A stretch of DNA of 64,000 nt, taken from the NCBI GenBank assembly GCA_964016885.1, contig OZ024743.1, positions 282,162,001-282,226,000 of the forward strand, in the 5' to 3' direction. Of this stretch, positions 12,243 through 23,697 are shown one piece after another (the stretch's first letter is position 1; every line of letters starts with the position of its first letter). Made by a program: the position numbers and the translations under genes. The notes under the pieces are model-generated. The model made no database searches. It was not told the origin of the DNA and saw nothing but the letters and a program-made list of their open reading frames with translations. This DNA comes from Eledone cirrhosa. Its lineage: Eukaryota.

Positions 12243-14630
12243 ATACCAGCAGAATGGCCCGGCGTTACCCGGGATTTGCTCAAGGGTTCTTATATATTTG
12301 ATATATGTTTATCCTTATTGAGCCTCGTGAAATAAATACGTTTATTTATATTTTCTTATTGTGTATGCAAAAATATCTGTACACGAATATATAATTATAT
12401 ATATATATCTACTTATATATATAACCAGCAATTTCTCTGTCTGTCTGTCCGACAGTGGAAACACGTGCGTAGAGAGAGAGTGAGAGTGAAAGAAAGAGAC
12501 AGACTACGAGAGGGGGATAGCGGGAGGGAGAGAGAGAGAGAGTGAATAGACGCTAAAACACGTACTACAGAAACATTACCTTCCCCTCTCCACTGACTTT
12601 GGTCACTGAGGCCGAGGGAATCGCTGGTTGCTATAGAGACACCTTGCACAAGCCAGAAGTAACCAGTTCGAGGCGGTTCTGACTTGACACCATGTGAAGA
12701 AAGTTGGCATTGAATTTGTGGTTGTTGCTGCTGATAATAAGGACCATTTGAAGAAGGTTGCTGCTGATGAGGTAATTTATTAATCAGATTGCGCAGTTTG
12801 ATTTGTTCAATTTTTTTCTTCAATTTTTTTTTTTGTTTTTTTTTATTTCTTATTGAAAAAATATAAATAATAAAATAAGGTTAGAAATTTAAATACGATT
12901 TAATTTCCATTTCCAGCAGCCAATGTCCAGTGTTCAATTTCATGAAAAAATTGGAAATAATTCAAAAAATTGAAGTTTAACTTTTGAACATTTGTTTTGA
13001 CAATAAAAAAATATTTCCTTATTCACACCTAATGGTATGATTAAAATTTCATAGGAATATTTTTTTTCTAAATATTATTAAAAATAATTTTTTTTTTAAA
13101 AGAATGGAAGATTTTGTGGATTTTTTTACCACCTTCCAAGCCTTAAACACTAATTCTCGCGAATTTGTGTTTTGTCATGACCCTCAGGACGCTGCTATTG
13201 TTGATTCCAATAGTGCCTGGTATTCGAATATGTTAGTATACAATTTTTTGAATAAAATTAAGGCGCAATTAGAGCTGCCAAACAAAATTTTTTTCGGCTT
13301 CAGCCCATATTATATATATATATAATGGGGATGATGATGATGATATACATAGTTACATATGTATATGTAATCTCCTTATAATATATAACCAGCAATTTCT
13401 CTGTCTGTCCGATAGTGGAAACACGTGCGCGCGTGCGAATGTTTTTTGCGCACGCGTAGAGAGAGAGTGAGAGTGAAAGAAAGAGAAGACTACGAGAGGG
13501 GGATAGTGGGAGGGAGAGAGAGAGAGTGAATAGACGCTAAAACACGTGCGCGCGTGCGAATGTTTTTTGCGCACGCGTAGATAGAGAGTGAGAGTGAAAG
13601 AAAGAGACAGACTACAAGAGGGGGATAGCGGGAGGGAGAGAGGGGGGAATTGAGGAGTGCTACAGAAACATATATACATTTCTGTGTGTGTGTAATATAT
13701 ATATATATACACACACAGAAATATATATATATACACACAGAAATATATATACATTTCTGTGTGTGTAATATATATATATATATACACACAGAAATATATA
13801 TACATTTCTGTGTGTGTAATATATATATATATACACACAGAAATATATATACATTTCTGTGTGTGTAATATATATATATACTAGCAGAAAACCACCCGGT
13901 GGGTGGTTTTCTGCTAGTCTATATATCTAAAACTTGAGAACCACCCAACCGATTGTTTTCAAACTTTACACATGTAATACTTATGGTCCTGTGAGTGTTT
14001 TGAGCAAAGAAAATTTCAAATTTTCAATGCCCTAGGGACCGCAATAGGCGATTTAGCGATCTCTCTCTATAATTCTTAGTCTTTCTTTTTAGATAGATAC
14101 ATAGATATAACGTTGCGCCCTTATATTATCTGTCTGTATGTCTGTTGTCTGCATTACGTCATTATGACGCGATCAGTGTGTGTGTGTATATATATGTATC
14201 GTAATGCAGACAGCAAGACATATAGCTTTCCTTTCCCTCTTCCAGCGTCTCTCTCTCTCTCCCGCTATCCCCCTCTTTTAGTCTGTCTGTTTCTTTCACT
14301 CTCACTCTTTCTCTTTATAACTCACTCACATTAATACTAAAGGGTTAAGGTATTGTTCTCAAAATAAATAATATTAAATCTATGAGATTTTTATATTATG
14401 TGAGATAAAGCCTTTACCATGAAAATAATATAGTATATATAGAGTAATGTAAATTTTAAAGGGTTAATTCCATCAGACCATGTGAGCGAGCTTATAATCA
14501 CTCACGCACACATACACACTCACGCATGCAAACGCACATAAACTCACACACACACGCGCGCAGGTACATACACACGCAATAGTTATTCCACTGTCATGTA
14601 TCTTTGACGCATACAACTCTCAAAAGACTG

Positions 14631-14669
<39 letters not shown>

Positions 14670-15025
14670 GTCTGTCTGTTTCTTTCACTCTCGCTCTTTC
14701 TCTCTGTAACTCGTTCACATTTCTCCCCTCTATCGATAAACGCTGTGACGAATGGGGTGAAGGAGGAGTTTGGAGTAGAGAGCCACTTCTTCACTTCGCC
14801 TCTCCGTTTCTTTCTCTCCCCTCTCACTCCATTATGTACAGACATTGGCCACTTCACTAATTCGATCCCTAGGTCAGAATAATTTGAAATTTTTTTTGCT
14901 CAAAACACTTCCGGGGCCATATGGGTTACATGTGTAAAGTTGGAAAAAAAACGGTTGGGTTCTTCTCGAGTTTTAGGGAAACAGACACACAGACAGACAT
15001 CCTCTGGTTTATATATATATAGATA
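12243..15025. mobile_element. cluster of non-autonomous Helitron/DINE-like fragments with microsatellites
   Basis: TC-TATATA...(CTGT)n 5'-type ends near 12408, 13371, 13918 and (minus) 15023; hairpin/CTAG-type ends near 12243 and 13880-13918; shared aaccga..aaactttacacatg core. Confidence 0.6.
13660..13870. repeat. about 56-bp minisatellite with internal hairpin
   Basis: cacagaaatatatatacatttctgtgtgtgtaatatata repeated about four times. Confidence 0.85.
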
Positions 15026-15036
15026 TACATATACAT

Positions 15037-15085
<49 letters not shown>

Positions 15086-15086
15086 T

Positions 15087-15127
<41 letters not shown>

Positions 15128-15159
15128 TATACACAACACATACACACACACAGAAATAA

Positions 15160-16682
15160 ATATCTAAAACTAAAAAAGGTGGGTATGTAAAGGGTAAGGT
15201 AGAAAGTAGGGGGCAATAAGGAAAATAAATGACAGGAAAAAGTTTAAATATAAGGGGAGATAAGGGAGAAAAAGTGAGTTCAGAAAGTAATAAAAGTCGT
15301 AGTGGATGTAAGGCGTAGAGAGCAGAGAAGTTCAAGGTGGTTGAGTCATCGTAGGAATGTAAATCCAGTTACAGATCAGAGGTGATTTCAGGTGAGGACA
15401 ACATCTGAAGATGTCGGTCTTGGAGTTCAGGCAAGTTGAAGTGGCTTTCAAGTTTTGTAAAATCCTAAATTTTTCAGTGGTACACAAAGAACAATTCTTT
15501 GTACTCCTTTGGTACTCCCTCGAATGGTCTAAAGTAGACCAATCGATAGAGTACGGGATGTTTTTATCCTTGAATTCCCACACCTTATTTGCGAGAGCGG
15601 TTGCTGTTCTTTTATCGGAGTGTTTAAAAGAAGCGACATGTGCATAAAATCTGGTTTTAAACCTGTCCTGAGGCATGCCAACATATCCTTCACTCCTGGC
15701 TGGCTGGTTGTTAATTAAAGGTGTCACTTTGGCCTCATATACAACGGATTTGGTGTTACATTTGCCCTGTTATGGGCATTCATCCGGCTTCCTGCAACTG
15801 CATCCTGGATTTATTCTCGTACGATTAGAATTGGTGATTTTAGACTTTAATGATGGGCAGCAAGAGTAACTGATTTTAACTACATTTCTATTAAATATCT
15901 TATAATATCTATGATTAGAAGGAAAATGTTTGTCTAAGAGGTCAAGGAATTTCCTTCCTACATTAGTTTTGACAGTTAGAGAGAAAGGGGTGTAAACCAA
16001 ATAATTTTCCTTTTCCTATTATTGTGGTTAGTTTTAGGGGGAGGAGTAAGTAAATAATTAATATGTTCTGTAAATCCGCTGTTACTAAGGGCTTTATTAT
16101 AATAAGGGGCGGCTTTGTTAAAAATGTCTAGAGACGAAGATAAGGTAGAAATCCTACGGCTAATGTTGGTAATAAGATTTTAAAAAACTATACGGGGATG
16201 GCAAGACTTGTGTATATATCTAAGATTTTCGTTATGTTTATGATAAGGTTTAAAAGAGGCAGTAAGTAGATCAAGATTAATGTCAAGAAAGTTAGCATTG
16301 GTAAGGTTCGTATCTATAGTAATTTTAAGGGTAAGATTAGCAAAAGTATTGATTAAATCTTTACGGAATTTATCAAGGTTATGGCCGTTGGTGGTATGAG
16401 AAACTGCCAATCCGTCATCACGGTATAAACCGATATTATGGGAAGGAAATTTCTCTTTAAGGGTGTGGAGAAGGAATAATCCTATTAAGTCACACACATC
16501 CGCACTGTCATATGAACCCATTGCAACATCAAAAGAGTTTTCAGGGTTTGACTTTTTAACCCAAATACTTTCATTAGTAAAGAGTAGAGTTTTTCTAGCA
16601 TGAAAGATAATGTCTTCTTCTAATTTAGAAATATTAATGAAGGGTCTTGCAAAATCTAAGGCTTTAGTTAATAATAGAAAAT
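15160..16682 (-). mobile_element. Penelope-like retroelement, 5'-truncated, frameshifted
   Basis: RT motifs AMGS, YRDD, FLD; linker KHFP..HRYYKIFNRNVVKISYSC; GIY-YIG YVG...FKTRF..H; CSLCTTEK. Confidence 0.9.
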
Positions 16683-17867
16683 ATACCACGTAAATGGTAT
16701 AGCAGAAGTCGTAGACTAAAATTCTAACTAGGAGACCAAATGAATCTCCGCTACAGAGTTAAGAACAAAGTACATAAATACAATACAGAAGTAATAGAAA
16801 CAAATAAATACATACACGCAAACAGATACGTACATACACAAGCATCCGCAAAACCTTACCATAGGTATACAGAACCACGCACATATAAATATGTGTGTTT
16901 GTGTATGCTTGTGTACAAATAAATAAATAATTATATAAACGTGTATAAGTAAATAAATACGTATATAACAATAAATACGTATATTACAATGAAGCTCTTG
17001 CTCGAAGTGGATTTGTCGATAAGGTAGCTTATACAGAGTACGAAAATAGACCTAGAAGAAATAGATCCCGTCGCATTTGTTGGTTTAACCCACCATATAA
17101 TATGGAGGTGGCCACACCACTAGCTAAGATCTTTCTTTCCCTTATTACGAAGCATTTTCCCCCTACACATAAATATAGTAAAATTTTTAATAGAAATACT
17201 ATTAACGTATTTATTTACTTATATACGTTTATATAATTATTTATTTATTTGTACACAAGCATACACACACACACATATTTATATGTGCGTGGTTCTGTAT
17301 ACCTTTGGTAAGGTTTTGCGGATGCTTGTGTATGTACGTATCTGTTTGCGTGTATGTATTTATTTGTTTCTATTACTTCTGTATTGTATTTATGTACTTT
17401 GTTCTTAACTCTGTAGCGGAGATTCATTTGGTCTCCTAGTTAGAATTTTAGTCTACGACTCCTGCTATACCATTTACGTGGTATTGTCTTTGCGTGCTAT
17501 TGTTCTCCCCGCTCCACATATGACTTATTATCTTCGTTTTTTCGTTCATTGCCAGAGAACGTCTCTATGCACCACCTAAGAGAACATTATTCTACAACCT
17601 CTTTTATACCATAAACGTGGTTCTGTCTTTGCGCGTAATTGTTTTTCACCGCTCCTATTAATGACGTATTATTCGTTTTTTCCCGTTCTTTGCCAGCGAA
17701 CGTTACCACGAACCAAAGTATCGTCTTCCTGTCTTCCTCCGGTTGCAACGTTTTTTGAAATATCCAGTTCTGAGTTTACAGATTGACTTTGTTAGTTTCA
17801 GAAGATCCCGTTAAGGGTGAAAGCAGCGATTCTTTGCTTAAACTTTAATCTGTTATTTTAATAAATA

Positions 17868-17870
<3 letters not shown>
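16683..17870 (+). mobile_element. second PLE fragment with 280-bp inverted duplication
   Basis: 16683-16962 inverted at 17205-17484; spacer encodes YYNEALARSGF...ICWFNPPYN...KHFPPTHKYSKIFNRNT (PLE linker); HHR relic at 17799-17822. Confidence 0.8.
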
Positions 17871-17935
<65 letters not shown>

Positions 17936-19968
17936 GTTAGAATATGTGTAATAAGGCCAAGACAATGCAGATATGGACATAGAAAAAGAATGCAATAGTG
18001 AGAGATATTGATGAGAATTCGTCTTTCACCTTGAATTTATTTAAATGTCCTTAATTATCGAGATAATATCTCTTCTTCGGAGGGAAGTAAAAGTCTCAGA
18101 CCAGCGTCTAAATTTCCAATGAAGCCATGCTGACCGGAAATAGTATAGAGTTCTAACTTAATATCAAAGAATTAAAATTAGGTGGGTAAAGAGTAGTCTC
18201 CCTTTAAGAGGGGTTTGTTTATGTTTTTGTTGTTTTTTAAATTTTATATGCGTGCCTGTATATGTGTGTGGGAGAAAGCATGAAGGTGTAGGTATGTGTG
18301 TGTGTGAGTGTGGGAAGATAGGTCTAATCGTAAAAGTGGGGGGTAGGTGTTATCTGGTGTTAGAACTGGTTTTGTGTGTGTATGTGTGAGAGAGAATAAG
18401 TGGAGGTGTGTGCGTGCGTGTGTGTGGGGTGTGTAAAGTGGGGCTAGAGGCCCTATCAGGTTATAAATTGGGTGTTGAGCTCTAGTCTATTATTGATTGG
18501 TGGATGTGTTCTATCTATAATGAGTGCTTCCTTGATTCTAAGATTACCGAGGTTTCTTTCTTTAGTTTCTATCCTAACTGTTATGTTTTTATCAGTGTTT
18601 TTGCATTTAACTAGGTGTTTCTTAAATGAGGAAGCGTTAGTATTGAGGTGTTCTTTTATTCTTATGTGGAGTGGTCTGGTGGTGCTACCTACGTAGAAGT
18701 TGTTGCATTTGTCACACTCTAGTCTGTAAACTACGTAAGCCTGGTGGCATAGGTCTGTGTCGTTGATGGGGCAGTTGGCTAGTCTAGAACACCCCGATGA
18801 CCGCGGATCCCTATCCCTGCTGGACTTCCAACTCAGGGTAACAGAGGAAGGCAACATCCACACCTGCTTCTATAAAAAATCCGCCAGCAGGGACCTGTTC
18901 GTACATTTCAGATCGGCCCTCCCACTCGGTGCCAAGTTCGGATACATAAAGAACGAACTGGCACGTATCAAGAACAAATGCACCGACGCCAGAGACCGAG
19001 ACACACACACCACACATTTCCTGGAAGTACTCAAACTGAACGGATACACGACATCCACCACAAACCGTGCCAGAAAGAACAGAGGACACCACACCCGAGG
19101 CACTAACACTTGCTTCCTGAAGCTCCCACACTTCAGTGAAGAAACAACAACAGCCATCCGCAGAGCCATCAGACGAGAAGGTCTGGATATTCAACTGGCC
19201 CATTCGGGTCCTTCTTTGCGTGGACGGCTAGCTAAGAGACACTCCACCAGACATGACAACTGCTGCAGACTAGCCAACTGCCCCATCAACGACACAGACC
19301 TATGCCACCAGGCTTACGTAGTTTACAGACTAGAGTGTGACAAATGCAACAACTTCTACGTAGGTAGCACCACCAGACCACTCCACATAAGAATAAAAGA
19401 ACACCTCAATACTAACGCTTCCTCATTTAAGAAACACCTAGTTAAATGCAAAAACACTGATAAAAACATAACAGTTAGGATAGAAACTAAAGAAAGAAAC
19501 CTCGGTAATCTTAGAATCAAGGAAGCACTCATTATAGATAGAACACATCCACCAATCAATAATAGACTAGAGCTCAACACCCAATTTATAACCTGATAGG
19601 GCCTCTAGCCCCACTTTACACACCCCACACACACGCACGCACACACCTCCACTTATTCTCTCTCACACATACACACACAAAACCAGTTCTAACACCAGAT
19701 AACACCTACCCCCCACTTTTACGATTAGACCTATCTTCCCACACTCACACACACACATACCTACACCTTCATGCTTTCTCCCACACACATATACAGGCAC
19801 GCATATAAAATTTAAAAAACAACAAAAACATAAACAAACCCCTCTTAAAGGGAGACTACTCTTTACCCACCTAATTTTAATTCTTTGATATTAAGTTAGA
19901 ACTCTATACTATTTCCGGTCAGCATGGCTTCATTGGAAATTTAGACGCTGGTCTGAGACTTTTACTTC

Positions 19969-20003
19969 CCTCCGAAGAAGAGATATTATCTCGATAATTA
20001 AGG
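19969..20003 (+). ncRNA. minimal hammerhead motif in PLE pLTR with GAAA>GATA change (inverted copy at 18049-18083)
   Basis: CCT-CCGAAGA-A-GAGATATTATCTC-GATA-ATTA-AGG downstream of the GIY-YIG ORF. Confidence 0.5.
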
Positions 20004-20239
20004 ACATTTAAATAAATTCAAGGTGAAAGACGAATTCTCATCAATATCTCTCACTATTGCATTCTTTTTCTATGTCCATATCTGCATTGTCTTGGCCTTA
20101 TTACACATATTCTAACGTTTATACCTCATTACACAATGCTTCAAGTGAACTATAACCTCCTCCATATATATATATATATATATATATATAGCCATGACTT
20201 GGCAAGCTAATTAGAACACTGGATTAACCATTTTACTTC

Positions 20240-20274
20240 CCTCCGAAGAAGAGATATTATCTCGAAAATTAAGG
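20240..20274 (+). ncRNA. minimal hammerhead motif in PLE pLTR (second tandem copy)
   Basis: CCT-CCGAAGA-A-GAGAT(att)ATCTC-GAA-AATT-A-AGG; palindromic AATT replaces stem III. Confidence 0.6.
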
Positions 20275-20484
20275 ATATTTAAATAAATTTAAGGTAAAAG
20301 ACTAATTGTCAACAATATCTTTTGCATTTGCATTTATATTCTATATCCATACCTTCATTGTCTTAGCCTTACAACCACAAACGTTTATACCTCATTACAC
20401 AATGCTTCAAGTGAACTACAACTTCCTCCTCTATATATATATATTAAAATAACAGATTAAAGTTTAAGCAAAGAATCGCTGCTT

Positions 20485-21350
20485 CTGCCCAATAACAGCC
20501 AGTAGGTCTGACTGAAGGCAAGTCCGGTCACCCACCTCATTGATAACCCTTTGGAGCTTGGAATCATCTGCGAAGATTCTTATGTTGCTGTGCTTGATGA
20601 TGTCAGTAATGTCATTAATGTAGATGATGAAAAGAAGTGGGCCCAACAGAGTGCCTTGTGGGACGCCACTGCTGACTTTGGCAGGGCTTGATTTTATTCC
20701 TTCGACTACAACATGCTGGGTTCTGTCTGTCAAGAAACATTTGATCCACTGTAGTAACCTTCGAGAGACACCAACATTAGATAGTTTTTTCAGTAGAATC
20801 TTATAATCAATCCTGTCAAAGGCCTTGCTGAGATCAAGGTAGATGACATCAGTGTTGGAGCCCTCTCCAAAGGCTCTCAAAACATCGTCAAATTGATGCA
20901 GGAGCTGCATTAGGCAGTCCCTTCCATTACGGAACCCATGTTGGTTGGAGTTCAGCAGGCCGTTGCTTTCCAGAAAGTGGGTTATTTGTGATCTCACCAC
21001 CCTCTCAAATACCTTGATAATATGAGAGGTGAGTGAGATCGGACGGTAGTTCACTGCAAGGGACTTATTTCCCTTTTTGAAGACAGGGACAACGGACTGG
21101 GACAGCAAGTTTTCAGGAATATAGCCAGTGTCCAGTGAGTTCCTCCACAGATTAGCAAGAGGAGATGCACGTTGGTGTCGACACACCTTCAGGACACAAG
21201 CAGCGAACCTGGCGGGGCCTACTGCTGAATTGTGTTTAATTTCGTGTATTGCCGCTAAGACATCAGGGGCGCCAAACGTTATGTCTGATATAGTGTGTTG
21301 GGGATTAACATCACTGATACAGCCCAGATCGGCGTTATCAGGGTTGCTGA
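20485..21350 (-). mobile_element. CR1/L2-group LINE reverse transcriptase fragment
   Basis: NYRPISLTS, QHGFR, YLDLSKAFD, SGVPQGTLLGPLLFIIYINDI, FADDSKL. Confidence 0.9.
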
Positions 21351-21533
21351 AAACAGAGCAGTATTATCAAAGTTATATAATATATATATATATAAATATA
21401 TAAATATATATCATCATCATCATCGTCGTTTAACGTCTATCTTCCACGCTAGCATGGGTTTAGATATATATATAAATATATATATACGATATATTAACAA
21501 ATGGAAACTATATTTATAAAACCATATTTATTT

Positions 21534-21590
21534 CATTATACATATTTCAAGGACACCAAGTTAAATTACGGTGTGCTTTCATCAGATAAA
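21534..21590 (-). ncRNA. hammerhead-like motif with weak stem I
   Basis: CTGATGA-AAGCACACCG(taatttaact)TGGTGTCCTT-GAAA-TATG-TA; stem I register is imperfect. Confidence 0.55.
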
Positions 21591-21711
21591 ATATAATATA
21601 GATCAGTTTTATAAATAAATATTGACATACCCTTAAAGAATGCGACCATTTCTGTTGGAAGCTCACTATCCGGGAGCTTCCAACAGAAATGGTCGCATGA
21701 CAATGACATCT

Positions 21712-21758
<47 letters not shown>

Positions 21759-21935
21759 CGAAGGAAATGTGGTAAGGAACCAGGTGGACCATAACGCACC
21801 AAAGTACTCAATACTTGAGGTAGTAGAGTGGGTAATAGGAACCAGTAAGACCCCGACAGCTGAGCTCAAGCCGTTTCGACGGCTAATTCTGGACGTCGAA
21901 ACGGCTTGAGCTCAGCTGTCGGGGTCTTACAGGTT

Positions 21936-21974
<39 letters not shown>

Positions 21975-22043
21975 GAGTGGAAGCATTTCTGGATTGGGAG
22001 GAGAGCAAATTTGGTCAATTTAGTTGTAGTGATTAGTTTAGCT

Positions 22044-22334
22044 CAGGCATGTCAACCTTTTTCGAGAGGCGGGACGCATGAGATATGGCTCCTCATCAGG
22101 CGGGCCGCAAGCGCTAATTTATATTTGTGCCCACTTTTTTAAAAAATGGTGGTAACACAGATTGTTTTGATTTGTTTCTTCAGAATTCGTACACGTTGTT
22201 TTCCTCGGTCGTAAAAATGATAGAAAGGTAAATTACGACTGAAAGGTTGGAGTAAAAAAAATCAGGAAGATTTCACTTAGGTGACTTAGGCGAGCCATTC
22301 AGAAAACTTCGCGGGCGCAGATTACCCATGACTG
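22044..22334. mobile_element. hAT-type MITE (291 bp)
   Basis: CAG...CTG termini; 8-bp TSD GTTTAGCT at 22036-22043 and 22335-22342; empty site in a paralogous repeat at 26329-26336. Confidence 0.8.
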
Positions 22335-23402
22335 GTTTAGCTATTTGCACTGTAAAATAGTCAGAAAATGCAAGCGGGTCATATTACATTTTCAGCTTTC
22401 AATAATTATAAAGTGATTATAGCAAAATGACCTCTGAAATCTGTCTCTGAATACATTAGCAATTGGCAAATAGTGATATATGGAGAAAAGGTGATGACAT
22501 GACAAAAACATTTACTATGACGGTTAACATAATATATAATCAAATATCGTGAAGATATAAAAAAAAACTTCGATATGCGATAAATATAACATGTACATAA
22601 ATTGTAGTTCATATACAAATAGATGTGTGTTTTGGTAAATTGGGGAGAAAAATATGTGTTGGTTGAGGGCATACCCCCCCCCCAGTTTCACCGCTCCTCT
22701 ATATGGTATCGATCAAATAAATCAAGTATTGTAGGATAAAGTCTTTCCTCTGCACACATACAAACTTCGTGACTGTTAAAAATCAATCAACATATACAAA
22801 AAAAAAACATTCACGGATAACTAAATGCTGGTGAGTATGCATTTGAATGTATGTCTTTTTTATGTATGAAGAAAAATAGTTTTGAGTAAAAAAATGAATC
22901 AAAGGATTGAAGTATGTTTTAGCCACTGAACTGTGATCAGACTGAGGCATCGCTGAAACTGGTGTAAAAAGAAAAGTTTATATATTACCTTCTGGCTAAA
23001 GTAACGAATCCGGCCAGGAAAACCAGATATATTGCTATTTTGTCCATCCCCTATCGGAGAATGTTTCGAAAAAGAAATTCCACTTCTGTTTAACTTCTTC
23101 TAGTTGGGAGGTAATTTGATCTTTTGACAATAACAGTAGGTGGCGATGCCGGGGAGGACAGTGATGCCGGTGACGGCGATGAAACAATTTATTGGCAGAG
23201 ACGAAGAATGTGTTGCTTCTGTCCCGACTATCACTGGGGGTCTAGGAGACTAAAAGTTAGAATTTATATATGCGTGTGTATATGTGTGTAAGCGCGCACA
23301 ATCACATATATATATATGCATGCATACATACACACATACATGCATACATACATACACGCACACATACATACACACACACATACATACACACGCGCACGCA
23401 CG

Positions 23403-23442
<40 letters not shown>

Positions 23443-23507
23443 GTCACCAGAACTTTTTAGATAGCTATAAATATTACCCTTTCATTACCATTATTTATAG
23501 AGAAATT

Positions 23508-23697
23508 GGTGGTGGATTGGCAGTATCGGTAGAGGGTCGGACGCCATGCTTTCCAGCATAGTTACGTCCCTTTACGATCTGAGTTCAAATCCCGCCGAGG
23601 TTAACTTTGCCTTTCATCCTTACGGGGTCGATAAAATAAAGTACCAGTAATGCACTGAGTAATTGCTGGCCTTGTGCCTAAAGTAGAAACAATTATT
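23508..23697 (+). mobile_element. tRNA-derived SINE (family copies at 32060-32250, 34509-34700 and minus 37100-37258)
   Basis: A-box-like TGGCAGTATCGG, B-box GTTCAAATC, conserved cctttcatccttacggggtcgataaa core; TSD attatttatagagaaatt. Confidence 0.85.

Larger units (their letters stand above)
17929..20435 (+). mobile_element. Penelope-like element 3' part (RT thumb + GIY-YIG) with inverted 3' copy and partial tandem pLTR
   Basis: ORF 18757-19596 with LDFQL, YKK, VVYRLECDKCNNFYVGSTTRPLHIRIKEH, KEALII; arms 17929-18785 and 19267-20123; diverged tandem tail 20231-20435. Confidence 0.93.

Noticed and set aside
23508-23600. tRNA-like A/B boxes
   Set aside because: SINE heads in multiple copies with TSD and no full cloverleaf
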